From assembly GCA_023515725.1 (NCBI GenBank), contig JALDTO010000266.1:831070-895069 (forward strand): a stretch of 64,000 nt of DNA, in the 5' to 3' direction. The translations under genes were made by a program, and so were the position numbers. This document shows positions 50,965-63,491 of this stretch, piece after piece. Under the pieces are notes generated by a model. It was given only the letters and a program-made list of their open reading frames with translations. It was not told the origin of the DNA and did no database searches. Within the stretch, counting starts at the first letter, position 1. Each line of letters opens with the position of its first letter. Origin of the DNA: Amoeboaphelidium protococcarum X5 (Eukaryota > Fungi > Aphelidiomycota).

Positions 50965-51765
50965 TCATAAATTGCCAAATATATCATCAATCTCATTCGC
51001 AGATGATGACGATGTCTATACTTTTACATCAGTTTTATCCAATTTGATCTTCTTGGGAGGCGATTTAACTTCATTTTAATCAAAAAAGGATGGAGTTTGC
51101 ATTTCATTTACGCCATTCAATTACTAAGCCACTATATTTAACGCAGTGGAATGACATGGTGAAGTGAGTACTTAAGTTGGTTAGTCATCCACTTTGCGCC
51201 ATTCTACCACCTTCTATACTCTTTGAGATTTTGATTCATGATCCACCTGAGATTCTTAACGATTACTTGAATTTACTGACGAATTTGGCGCGCAAGACCC
51301 AAAAACTTCCTATATCAACAGTTACTGTACGGATGCATCCATTGCAGAATCCTGATGCAACAGCACTTTCATATGCGTATTCAGTTCAGTCCACAGCCGA
51401 GCACAAATTCCACTGACCAGCACTGCAAAAGGTAAAAATATGCCACTATGGAGCAAATGACGATTGATGGCAACGAATGCCTTCTCCACTACTCTCTTGG
51501 CCTCAATAATATCTAGAGGATCAGTACTATCACATCTTTATACTGTCCGTAATACGTGTTGCAACTTCCTGTAATACTCTGTTCTTCGATGTTGATTCTA
51601 ATTCAATTTCAGTATCTATCTCAGTGCATGCACTTCATCTACAACGCGTTACTTCTCTTACCAATTAAGCTCATTTGATATATGATTATTAGAAGCTAAT
51701 TTCTATTACAACTCATCACCATTAATTTCTGATTAATATCGCATATTCGCTTTTTATTGTATCAT
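50965..51765 (-). CDS. RMP1: RNase MRP subunit Rmp1/NEPRO-like (266 aa)
   Basis: DEVHALRQILKLNQNQHRRTEYYRKLQHV, FLPFAVLVSGICARLW and C-terminal EIDDIFGNL*. Absent from the ORF track. Confidence 0.7.
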
Positions 51766-51872
51766 CCTAAATCAATTTACAAATTCGAATAATACTAGGA
51801 TAAAAAAGAGATGTACTAATATTTTAAAATTTATTAATCAAATTCTAAAGTCATTCAATAAATAACAGGAAT

Positions 51873-52394
51873 TCAAAGAAGAGTCGCGTACAACAGAAAG
51901 AGGACCAGGGCGACTGAATTCATCTGCAGCACGTTAACAGGTTGAGGTGCATCTGAGCTTTGATCGTCGATCTTATTAGCCTCGCCACCTGCTACGCGAA
52001 AACTAGTCTTCTCGCCTCCTTTTGCAGATCCACATGTAAATTTGACATCACATTCATTGTACTGGCACAACTCTACACTTGCGGATGAACCAGGATTATC
52101 TCTGCACTTGGAATAACACTCACTCTTCTCACCGAAACACTGATACGTCTACACCGGGAATAGAGAGTCGGCAGCATTCTACACTGTGGCCATCTGTTTG
52201 TTCACACACTCACAGGACCACTTCATGGTTGCCACATTACACTCATTGAATTTCGTGTTCTGTTCACCACCACAGACGGAAGTGCAGTAGCCTTTCTGTG
52301 ATGCACACACGGTTTGCTTGTACTGACTCTACTCAGATCTCACAGAGTATGCAGACACGCTGGATATCAATAATACTATGAAATACTTGAACAT
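51873..52394 (-). CDS. Small secreted Cys-rich protein with GPI-type tail (173 aa)
   Basis: Signal MFKYFIVLLISSVSA, 12 Cys (C..Q...C...C...NEC..TMKWSCEC...C...C...C...C...C...CG) and hydrophobic end VALVLFLLYATLL*. Confidence 0.75.
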
Positions 52395-52752
52395 TGTCAT
52401 TTTCGATATATAATAGATTACTTAATGGTAGAAAGAAGATTATATTGATACCAACAAGATAAAAGTAGATCACAAAATGGAAAGGACGTTCTATATAAGG
52501 TATCAGAAATGCCATAAATAGTATCAGCAATGATCGCTTGTTTTATCTTTTAAACAATCTGAACGCGAAACGCGTCCAATCAAATCAAACGGATGGAGCA
52601 TCCATTCAATCACCACTTTGTTGTGTTGAAACAATAACAATTCTCTATCAGCATAACATGATTTTTAAGCTCTCACTCTTTTACTTTCATTTCAATCATC
52701 TGTCTATTTAAGTAGACTTTAATTTTTAAAACTATTCGTCAATTGCGCAGAA

Positions 52753-53070
52753 ATGAGCTAAGTGCTGGCTGTTATTGTAACCTTAATCGTTGCTTCAGTT
52801 GTCATGTTTGAGTTGTTCAGTATAGAGCCTACTTTACATACAAACCGTGTTGCATTGTATAAAAGAAGTCTGGTAACTGCAAGAATAGACAATAATGTAA
52901 CCTCGTTAGTAGATGAGCAATTCGCTGCAAATAGTTCCACTAACATGTCAGAGTAGTATCCTCGTTAATCTGAATTCATCTACAAGGCTAATAAAAAGGC
53001 AAGGCGCGTCAATCTAAGTAGGCTCAAAAAGCATAGAAAGCGAAGTACTTAATAACTCGTGTAAAATTGA
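52753..53070 (+). CDS. Small hypothetical protein with hydrophobic N-terminus and basic C-terminus (105 aa)
   Basis: MSQVLAVIVTLIVASVVMF...LYKR...KANKKARRVNLSRLKKHRKRS. Open with TAR=Gln to TGA. Confidence 0.4.
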
Positions 53071-53276
53071 TTTTAAAAGGTAGTGCAAGTCTTTAATATT
53101 ACAAGTATATTTACATTTGTTTCAACTCTTTGCTAAGAGAAAAGCGAGTGATTGACTGAAACACGTCAACTCAACTTTACTCAACAGTGACACGGTGTTA
53201 GAGATGAAAATCAAGATTTTATGTAAAAACTTCTCACTAACTAGAAATGCATCCTCATAGTTTATATCATTCGTGA

Positions 53277-54215
53277 TCATATTAGATAAATCACACCTAT
53301 CAGTCGAGGCAGTAGTATATCATCATGTCTTCGTAGCACCACGACTTGGGAAGTAGCACCGCTCAGCGGTTCAGAACACGATTGTATGGCTTTATAATTT
53401 CTAGTGACAGGTCCCTCAACTACATCATAATCTTTAAACAATAGTGGAGGAACTCCTATCTCTGCCCGCTTCTTATCATTGAAAATACAGATATGTTACT
53501 TGATCAATAACTTCCACGGAGCCCCATATACGTGAAAATAGTCCAAATTGTCAACTTTGGACCAATCAAATATCAAAACAGCTTGTCCTCCTGACTCATA
53601 CTTGCTTACATGCTGATATACATGTTCCAAATTATATGAGCAGTATATTCCATCACCTAGCTCGTTAGGATTTTCAAATTACGATGGTTAATACTAGAAA
53701 TAATGCCCTACCAATTTAGCGAGCAGTGTTGAGTTGACAACGCCATGAAAAATCACTTTTGATGACTAGGATTTATCCTTCATTTGTTGGATAATGGTCG
53801 CAATCTGTTTCAAATCTTGTGGGCATCGGACCGCGTGAATTATTTTCTCGGCTCGATCTCCACGAGCACCACGAAATAACTCTCCCACTTTGATAGCCTT
53901 TATCTCAGATGACACAGCGTCAGGCACGAATCTAGAAGCAAGATGATTTCCATGGATTCCTCTTTCAATAGCCATCTACAGAAGGTGATCATTTTCGTCG
54001 CGTCCTTCTGGGATCATCACCTCCACCATATCTTCTGCAAAAGTCAGTGCCACATCAGCAGACACGCGAAAGTTCTCCTGAAATAGACTTTAGAGTCTTT
54101 CCTTTCTTTATTTGTATTATTATTATGATTCCATATACAAAGAAGTATTAGGAATGGGAGTTATTAGAGCACCATCACTAGGCTCTTTCAATTCAGCACG
54201 CTTTGATTGGTTCAT
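53277..54215 (-). CDS. ADP-ribosyltransferase-fold (DUF3990-like) protein (312 aa)
   Basis: VIFHG...PNELGDGIYCS...AVLIFDW...PWKLLIK...DYDVVEGPV...SQVV follows the LYHG/FGxGFY/YDxxxGP/Q pattern. Confidence 0.6.
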
Positions 54216-54362
54216 TTTGAAGTTGATACAATTCAAACTGAAACAGTGATTGGCCTAAAGACGCGTAAAGAATTTTGGTGAGTTCGAAGTACTTCAAGAG
54301 TGCCGTAAATTGATTTAAAAAGTACAGTAAGTCATTTCAATAAAATTATATATATTTTAAAT

Positions 54363-55760
54363 TCAGTTCAAAACTTGGCCTTTATTCTCTACGTGTGTCA
54401 TATGATATTGACCACTTACATCAGAACCAACTGTTGAAGCTAATTTTATCTAAGTGTCGCGGTATACACGCAATTGCTTCTAATTTTCAATCTAAGGCGC
54501 CTTCACAAACAGACTTGGCAAGTTGAATATAAATTCTATACCATAAACTGGACCCATTTTATTTACGCCGAAGAAATTGATAGTGTGCAGCAATTATCGA
54601 CTGTCAGTGTCCCAAACTTTGACATAGCCATCCAGATCAGAGGTGAAAAGTAACTGCGACTGATCAAACTATGGAGCACATTAAAATTACATACCTGACA
54701 CAGCACTCTTATGACTGGACAAGACAAAGTTGCTAGTCTATTCGGCAACACTATTCACCGAGAAATGTTAAACAGTCTAATTCAATGTAGTACTTGCCGC
54801 TGCTTTGCCATTTTACTACGGCAGCAAAGATAACGCGTAAACACAGCCAGACAACGATCCGGCGAAAAGCATAGACTCCGCAGCATCTAAAATTACGCGT
54901 TTAATTGGCTCTTGATAGACAATTGTTAGCAAGCATTGCGCACTGATTGAGGATTTCTGTGATTGCTATTCATTTTCTTAATGCTATGGTGAAATGGTCC
55001 ACACTTTCACAGTGTTATCATCGGAGCAGGTGGCGAACAGATCGTGTTGCATGCTAACATACACTGAATTAACTCGGGCGGTATGGTCTTTCAATGAACA
55101 TACAGGATAAAATTTTTCGCGCATGCTGAGTTGCCCATCAAAGGAATCGCCACCGTTCAAGCTTCCATCAGAATGAATTAAATCATGAACAGCAAGTAAA
55201 TTCCACAAGTGAACAACAGAATCACCGTGTCCACCACAAGAGATTAGAATATCGCCATTAAGACCAGCGAGATCTAAACTAGTCACGGCCCCAAAATGAG
55301 CCTTCACATTCTTTAGCATAACACCACTCTACATATTCCATACAATAATCAAGCCATTAGTTGTGCCGGCAATAAGCAGATCTGATAAGAAAGGATTTCC
55401 ATGTAAATTTTGATCAATTTTTAAATTTGACGAGCATATCATTGCAGATATCAAACCAATCGAGTTGGACTTCTATGACGGAGGAGCGTAATAAGTTTTA
55501 TCAACCGGATTTCCCTTGGAATAATTGTACTGGTACATCAATGGCGCGTCATTGGCAGCGATGAATAATCTGTTGCCAGTGGCCACTGAGCATACGGCTT
55601 GTAGATCAGAGGCGCTAGATGACGCCGACTTGTTGCCAAACTACGGCAGCTTATACGTGCCAACAGGATTTTATTAAAGTAACTATTTTCCAAGGTTTTT
55701 GTAAACGGATACACCATCTTTATGGGTAACTAGCAAAGCTTAATGATCTTGAAGTGTCAT
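54363..55760 (-). CDS. IPI3: WD40 protein, Ipi3/WDR18-like (rixosome; 465 aa)
   Basis: LIAGTTNGLIIVWNMQSGVMLKNVKAHFGAVTSL, DSVVHLWNL, DHTARVNSV..ATCSDDNTVKVW and LDAAESMLFAGS. Confidence 0.75.
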
Positions 55761-56274
55761 ATTTGCAACTTTTTCCAAGTATCTTTATACTGTAAAATGT
55801 GGGAAAAGAAGATCGGCCGCGTTTCATGGCCCATTTCGAATATTTGGCTCAAATGGCTCAAGCGGAAATCAACTGTGTAACGCAGTTTGTGAATTCAAAG
55901 TGGCAAAGAAAATTATTAAACTTCCATACCGGCACAACTACCAGAGTAAAAGGACGTGAAGATTAATTAACATACAGCAAATTTAATTTTTATAAACGAG
56001 GACCATAGTCATGGCATACAAATAATATAATCAATGTGTGAGGATCGTAAAATTATGCCAATTCAGCAAAGCAAGTCTTCAATCGCGCGTACATCTTATT
56101 TTACGGCTTGTTCGCAGCACCATAAAGAACACAACACCTGAAATGTGCTGTTGACCCCGAAAAAGATTAACGCCGTACTATAAAAGAGCATAATCTTTTG
56201 AGATATTGAACAGAATTATAAACTGTAGCAAGATGAAATAATGTCCGAGAAAGTTGTTTTACTTATATTATCAA

Positions 56275-57441
56275 TCAGGCACCTTTGATGTAAACATCCG
56301 TGTCTTGGCTAGCCCAAACTTCCTATTGGTTAGAATCAATCTTGACGCGATAAGCATTTCCCTCATCCCATTGTTTCAACACTGTTCCAGGCATGTAACC
56401 TTAGCTCAACTTTGCCAGCACCTTTTGACCAACTTTGAAACGGAGAGGACGCGCTTGACACGCCATCAGACCATCAATCAGTTGCTTGCGATCCAAATTA
56501 CGTCCGATGAAAATGAAACGCCCCTCGCGCTTATCATTGCCCCAAGGAGTCGTAAAGCCGCCACCAAACAACATATGGACACCTTGAAAAGCATAACGTT
56601 CTTCCATGCCCTTGATCGGGAAAATTCCCTTGTAACGGAACAAGTCCGTTCCCTTTTCACGCATCAAGATTGAGATAAATTTACCCAGTAGATTGATATC
56701 AAGTTCAACATCAAACGTATGCCCCACAGAAGTTACAGATAAATCGTGCTGATGTTCCGACTCGGACAGAAACTGAGGATCCATCTCTAGAACCTTCTCG
56801 ATGGAAAAGGCATCAAGGTGAAGCAATTTCTTTGGATCAACACGAGATTGCTGACATTCAATCAGTGTTGCAGTCTTGTTAATAGATGCGAGCTTAGATT
56901 TGACAAGAGCAAGTTCTTCCTCTGAGACAAGATCAGTTTTGTTGAGCAGCAAAACATCCGCAAACGCGACTTGTTCAACTGATTCGTTCTCAACATTCTC
57001 AGGCTTGACTTCATCCAAATGAAGCAAGATGTGCTTAGCATCAACAACAGTGAGGATGGAGTCCAATGAATAGTTTCTAGCAATAAAGTCATCGACAAAG
57101 AATGTCTGAGCAACAGGAGCAGGATCAGCCAATCCAGTTGTTTCAATCATGACCATATCCATCTTTTGGTTGTTCTTAATCAGGCGAGTCAAAATTTATA
57201 TCAAGTCGCCACGAACCGTGCAGCAAATACAACCATTGTTCAGTTCAATAATGTCTTCCTCAGAATCAAACTTGCCGCCACGTTTGGAGAGTAATGCATC
57301 GTCAATACCAACTTCACCAAACTCATTTTCAATGACAGCAATCTTGACGCCATGTTAATCTGTCAAGATATGGTTCAGCAGCGTTGTCTTGCCCGCTCCG
57401 AGGAAACCAGTGATGATTGTAACAGGTATCTTGTTGGTCAT
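56275..57441 (-). CDS. COG0523/CobW metal-chaperone GTPase with an extra C-terminal SH3-like module (388 aa)
   Basis: [50 protein letters not shown], the CobW_C domain, and a tail LRFKVGQKV...[15 protein letters not shown]...VWASQDTD. Confidence 0.93.
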
Positions 57442-58285
57442 ACTTTATTCGTCAGATCTAACCAAGAGAGAAGGAGAGTGCTTCATAGAACTAGATTTAT
57501 ACCCCCATTCATTGTTTCCAATCACGTCATTGCCATTAATCAATGTTGTTCCTCAGTCACGTCATTATACAGGTACAATCACGCAGCGCAAGATTGATTG
57601 ACACCGATTTGTTCCTGCTGCTCCAGTCGGCAGTCGGATTTTTGCATATCCTATCTATCAGCGACATGCATGTAGTTATACCTCTACCTCAGTACCAATT
57701 TTTCCCACGCCTTTATGAATGAAATTAAAATTCCAACCTTATACGTCAAATGCCCACAATGTTTGATCTTAGTTGATTAAATTCAGAGAGAGATACAACC
57801 AACACCATATTTCAATGCAAGGTCAGGATAGAGTCCTACAGTTGGGCAGATATCTTGATTAATAACGGATCCACCAATATAATTTAAGACATTTTCAACA
57901 ACACGATAAGACGCGAAACATCAAGTTATGTATTACAGATGCTTCACAACAAAGAACGATTACATTTCACAGGTTGGTATAGATTTCGAAATTTTCCGAT
58001 TAAAATGCGGATAGATACCGGTATAATGTCGACATGGCTAAACGAGATATGCTCAAAAAATAATCCCATCAGCGCAAATCTGTATAATCCAGTTCACGCG
58101 TCTAGTTAGGTCCAGACAGCTCGGTAGTGATGTGTAGCTTACTACCAATAGTACTAGCATATAAATGCTTCACAATGACTCGCGTTTTTCGTTATACAGC
58201 GAGTCTTCGCGTTCCGATCGTCTCTTTCCCTTCAGAACTTCACGTCGTCAAATCGGTCTATGTAATACTCTCTCCCCATCTTGCA

Positions 58286-60691
58286 ATGTCCGGCTTTATT
58301 AAGTTGTTACAACTACCAACTACTTCAGTATATGAATATTTAAGGCCTGTTGATTTACTGCAATTGTGTTTGAGCTGCAAAGACTGTAAGGATGTCGTCG
58401 TACACTAAAAATTAATGGTTACAGACGCGTACTTGAAGTATTATGGTCCTCTGCTGACTGCGGCTCGCATTAAGGAGCATGCCTACCTGCAGTTGAAGTC
58501 CAAAGAAGATTCTTACTTCTTTTATGAGACGAGTAAGAGATATTCTGCCTTGTTTCTCCTGATGGCAGATAATGATCGAGATGACGACGACACACTTTTT
58601 CATGAGTGGATCCTCGCTGTGGAACACTTTTACAGTATTACTGATTGTTAAAGAGAAATGATTGACTCTGATGACGACGATGATGAGGAATTACCATATG
58701 GATATAACGTACTCAGATGGAAGATAAAGTTTGAATCTGAAGAAGTTCTGACATCATCTTAGTTGGATTTGATTACCATAATGTTTCAACAATATCGGAG
58801 CTATTTTACGTCACCAGTTTAGTAACGCACGTCACCTCACGTCTCTCTGTATGGATATTATCACGATGCTTTGAGACAATATTGGTTGGATGCTATGATT
58901 TCTGTCATAAACTTACAATGCGATGTAGTCTTTGATGAGAAATACGAAGTTGAATATTTTCGCACGATGGAGAGCTCTGAAGAGATTTGTGAAGATCCTG
59001 TTGATTTCGTGTTTACACTGTGTCTCTACTTTGGCTTTGGGAGCTGCGATTATGTCAGGGAGTAACTAGAACGTCGGCTGGAGATTGCTCCCAGTTTTAG
59101 TGCTCTATTAGCGTACTTCAATCTACTGGATCTATAATATCTAAACTATAATCTTGATTTAGAGGCCTATTTAAAGTCATTTGTATTAAATATTCTGAAT
59201 AACCATGAGTGCACTAATATGTAGTCCTTATCTCTCGAGTTGTTCAGAATCAATTCAAGTAAAATGCTTATTAGTTGTAATTTAACTTAACTACTGGAGC
59301 GTAAACTGTCGGTCAAGTGGGTCTTGAAGTAGATAGCAGCTGTCAAAGTTGTGCACAGTGTTGACTTTGGATGGCTTGTCCTATCTTTAATGAACTTATA
59401 TAAATCTGCTGGCTCCGGTGCGCGTTTATGTTAAAAGATTTCCCTATCTAAATTGAGTAAGGGCCGCGTAGATGAAGCCTTTAATATGCTGGTTGCAATT
59501 CTATCATCCAAGTAATGTTCAGAACTCAAATGGGATGAGGAGAGAATGTCAGAACACGCCGATTCGACTTTGGTAGAAGTTTTAGTTAAGCTGCTGAATT
59601 GCTAGATTATTGTTATTAATCCTGACTTCTTTCCATTTGCAAAGATATTCTACTCATTTAGAAAGGTATTGGTTGGCCATAGATAGCGATTGATACTGCT
59701 GGCTTTGATCCAATTCAGTCGCGCTCATCGTTTGAAAATGTTCTAATGCAGTTCCTATCACGCTGGAATAAAAGAGATAGTACAAAGTTTGGGCGGCGCG
59801 CTAGAGTTTGCATCAATCTTCCTTTAACTGGATGCTGGCAGTCTGTCTAAGCTGAGCGAATGCATATATACTGATGTGATCAATCACTTCTTTCCTAGCT
59901 ATGACTAATAACTTCTGGATAAAATCTCAGTCCATATGATTGAACAGTACTGCAGAGTATAGAGTATGGACCTCAAAATCCTTGCCTTCTACTTCAAGGA
60001 ATTTTTGGAACATTCATTCTATTCGGAGGTGGCAATGTTGAAACTCCGTCAAGTTTTGAGCCACGATTAGCTGAAAGTCTTCTGTAGTGAATTTGATGAG
60101 GACTAGATTGCTGCTTTACATCTAGGTGATCAGTTCTAAGAGCCTTGGATCATTGAAGTTGAAAGAATATCTAAACAAGTTTGCTTGTCGGACACTACTC
60201 CTCTCTTCCACTGCTGGCTTTATTGTAATACACTCTGCCTTTGCATACAGATCATGTCTCAACTTGTCAATTTACTAGCTCTGCCACAAAGTCCTTTATA
60301 CTAGTACTTAAGGCCTGTAGATTTTCTGCAGTTGTCCAAGTGTAATAAGGAATGTCAAGACGCTATCGTGAACCAAAAGTACAAGGTCAGGGGCGCGTAT
60401 TTTCGTTATTATGGCCCTCTCCTGACTGTATATCGTATAAAATTTCATAAATATCTGTAGCTGCAGTCTGAAGAAGATTATGTATTTTTCTTTCATGAAC
60501 AGATAAAGTCATATCATGCGTTGCTAACTGTTGTGTCGCCGATTATGTGTTTCGTGACGCGGGATCTAATTTCACCTGGACTAAGGCTGTTAGATGGTTT
60601 TATTGTGCGATTGCCGAACAGTGCAAGATTTCTCGGCATTTCAATTCATGGTCTGAGGTATATTCACTAAACAAGGAGAAGGCGAAGTTGA
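58286..60691 (+). CDS. Lineage-specific protein with F-box-like N-terminus (copy A), reading in frame into the start of copy B
   Basis: MSGFIKLLQLPTTSVYEYLRPVDLLQLCLSCK. No TGA in frame from 58286 until 60689-60691. The copy A homology unit ends at about 60178. Confidence 0.65.
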
Positions 60692-62136
60692 GCTCTGGTG
60701 AAGTCCTTGCCTCCTCTCAGATCGATTTTCTATGTATTCTCTATCGGGCATTTGTGAAACGGAAGTAGTAAGTTTCAGATCCAAAGAGGAAGCCGTGTCG
60801 CGTGTCCAAATACGGCTACTATCACGATGCCGTAAAGAATTTTCAGTTGGATGCCATGGTTAAGATTATCAATACTGAATTTGACGTCTTGATTGAGGAA
60901 GTAAACATCATCAACTCAGATAGGTTGCGCTAGGGCCGTTCTGCAACGATTAGTGGTAAGGCTGATGCTTTCTCTCAGCTGCGTCAATATTTTTAGCTTG
61001 GAAGTTGTGATGATGTCAGAGAGGTATTGTAAAAGTCTTTAGAGAGTTGACCCGACTTTGAGACGCTGTATGCGTACTTGAATGTCATGACGCTCTTACA
61101 GTAGTATAATCACTCAACGGTACAAAAGCATCTTGACGAATATGTGGTTCGTATTGTGGATAATCCGCTAAATGTAGTGCTATAATAGTATTCTGTGGGA
61201 TTTTCCAAGCATACTCGCGACAAATATCTAATCTCTACGCAAATGTAATCTTTACTGAAACTTTATTTATCTTATTACTGGGTAAAACAAAAGATTAAAG
61301 ATGTCAAAGTGGTACAGTGCGTCGAAACTGGCTGGGCTATTTTATCTATTTTCAAAACGATTGACCCTGCTCAAAGTGAGAGTACTTACTAGAAGTTGGT
61401 GTATGGAAAGCTATGCAGATGTCGCACTGATGAAGCCATGTATCTGATTCTTGCTGCGTATTGTTACGACGTTGAGAATCCCTTTCAATGGAAGGAGTAG
61501 GAGATGTCTCCGATTGCGATCAAGACTTTAGTTAGAGTCCTGGAGTAACTATTGGATATCAAGTTTGTGGTAAGAGAGAGTAAATTTTTTCAGCTCGGCT
61601 GTATTTTTAAATCTTTCAAGGAATCTCTGGTAGGTCATTAACAGCATCTTATGCGCGTATCAATGCTGAAGTTCAGTCAGGTAGGTCATGTGGATATCGA
61701 TAGCTGCTGTTATAGTCATGATTATATGCAATGGATTATTGGATGTCTTGATGGCCCTATTGAATGGGCACATGTGTTACTTAATAGTGATGCCAATTAT
61801 ATAGCTCGACTCAAAGGATGTATAATAGTCATTGGTCTTTTTCCTGATTTAGATCACTTGAGCTAATCCATGCTGGACCAGGTCTCTGTTCATCTGGTTA
61901 ATCTGTTCTGCGGAAATGAGAAGCTTGATTTTCATAATTTCGCCTGCTACTTCTAGCACCTACGAGAAATGAGTCTTTATGCTGAGGAGGCGGTGCTTAA
62001 GCTTAAGCAAATTGGTAGTGATTAAGAGTTAATTATTATCTGCAAGATGGTCCCGGACCACGAAGATATCGTCGTTATGAACTTTGGCTCTCAGTTTCGA
62101 CCAGGCTGGATCAATGAATGTCAGAATATCTAATGA
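60254..62136 (+). pseudogene. Copy B of the F-box-like family, with a frameshift at about 60540 and a premature TGA at 61048-61050
   Basis: MSQLVNLLALPQSPLYQYLRPVDFLQL..YYGPLL. Colinear with copy A (YGYYHDA, GSCD.VRE, WINE). Ends at TGA 62134-62136. Confidence 0.75.
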
Positions 62137-63000
62137 AGTTGTATTCCCGCAGAATATCATCTAAATCGTGGATTTATATAATGCTAATGGTGATAAGTTC
62201 TCGTATATACCTTAATACATTGAAAAAGCTATCGCCAATGCTGTCGTAAAAGTCGTTTTGAAGGAGCCTGCAACAAGCACGTCTAGATTCTGATTCTTTG
62301 AAGGCTTACCAGTGTCTATACTGGAAAATAACGCTGTAATAAGACTGTATATCAAAATCTGGCCGACTGCTATGCTAGCCTCAGAAGTTTAAGAGTTTGT
62401 GAAATTCAGAATTGGCACTTGGCTTTTTCCAGCACATTTAATGGCATGATACTCTGCCCGAGAAGCAAGTATCATTAATTTAGATGTTCTTCACTGAAGC
62501 CAAGTATGCTCGAGCAGATGTGCTGGTCTGTGAGGTTGAACGCCTGATTAAGGAGTTTTATGGATGTAAGATGGAAGCTCTGTTGGGTGATTTATGAAGG
62601 AAGAAGCGTAATGTTCTAACTTGAACAATACTATCATTATAAACTTTGATCCTATTTGTGTCTACTTTTCAAAGCTCAACATTCTTTTTACGCCTCACTG
62701 CTAGTCGATCGCGTTGGACGGCAATTTGTAACTTGACTTGTTTCAGCCTCTTAAGATGACAAATTAGCTGTTGACATACACATCCGACCGAAATATACGC
62801 TGAATATGATGTGACTGTAATTCTGCCATTCAGTGTAAATTTGCATGATAATTCCCTTACTGACTGTTATTATCTTATGCAACAGATAGCTTTGTCGAGT
62901 CATTGACGCGTCCCTCCGTCAAATAAGGCGCGTCCTCTCCTTTTGATGAAAACTGATGAACAGTCAAACTCAGCTGCAGACTGTCTTATCACATATAATC

Positions 63001-63225
63001 ATGTCAGATTTTATAAACCTGTTACAACTTCCGACTATTCATTTGCAATAGTGCTTAAGGTCTGTAGTTCTTTTACAACTTTGTTTGAGTATAGTAAGAA
63101 ATGGTAATGCGGAGAATAAATGTTCAAATGATCCTGTATTGATCAAACTACGATATGTAATATAATTAGGATCAAGGCTCTTATACAATTCCGTGCATGT
63201 GTCTCTTTTCCTCACAGTACTGTGA
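63001..63225 (+). pseudogene. Truncated 5' remnant (copy C) of the F-box-like family
   Basis: MSDFINLLQLPTIHLQQCLRSVVLLQLCLS, after which homology is lost. Confidence 0.6.
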
Positions 63226-63491
63226 ACATCAGCTTCTCCGCCTACAAAGTACATGTTCATATCTTTATAAACACCATTACAATCTCGCCACCACTTTTAG
63301 AGACGAGCGCATATTCTATCCACCAGATATCATTGACAGCTAAACATAAGTCCCATATTATTTCCTCTAGCCAATAAGTCTGCACAGAATTTGGGACGCG
63401 CTCCAAACAAAATATCTCCGTTAAAGTTCAAGCAGGCGAGACTTTTCTCTTCGCATAGCATTGCTTTACAGTATTCGCAACTGCTGACGTT

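Noticed and set aside
51639-51661. Possible 23-nt ultra-short intron (GTAAG...TGTAG) at the start of RMP1
   Set aside because: With TAR=Gln the frame is open to an upstream ATG at 51765, so no intron is needed.
61048-61050. In-frame TGA in F-box-like copy B as Sec/Trp recoding
   Set aside because: The same copy also has a frameshift, and TGA ends all intact genes. A simple nonsense mutation is more parsimonious.
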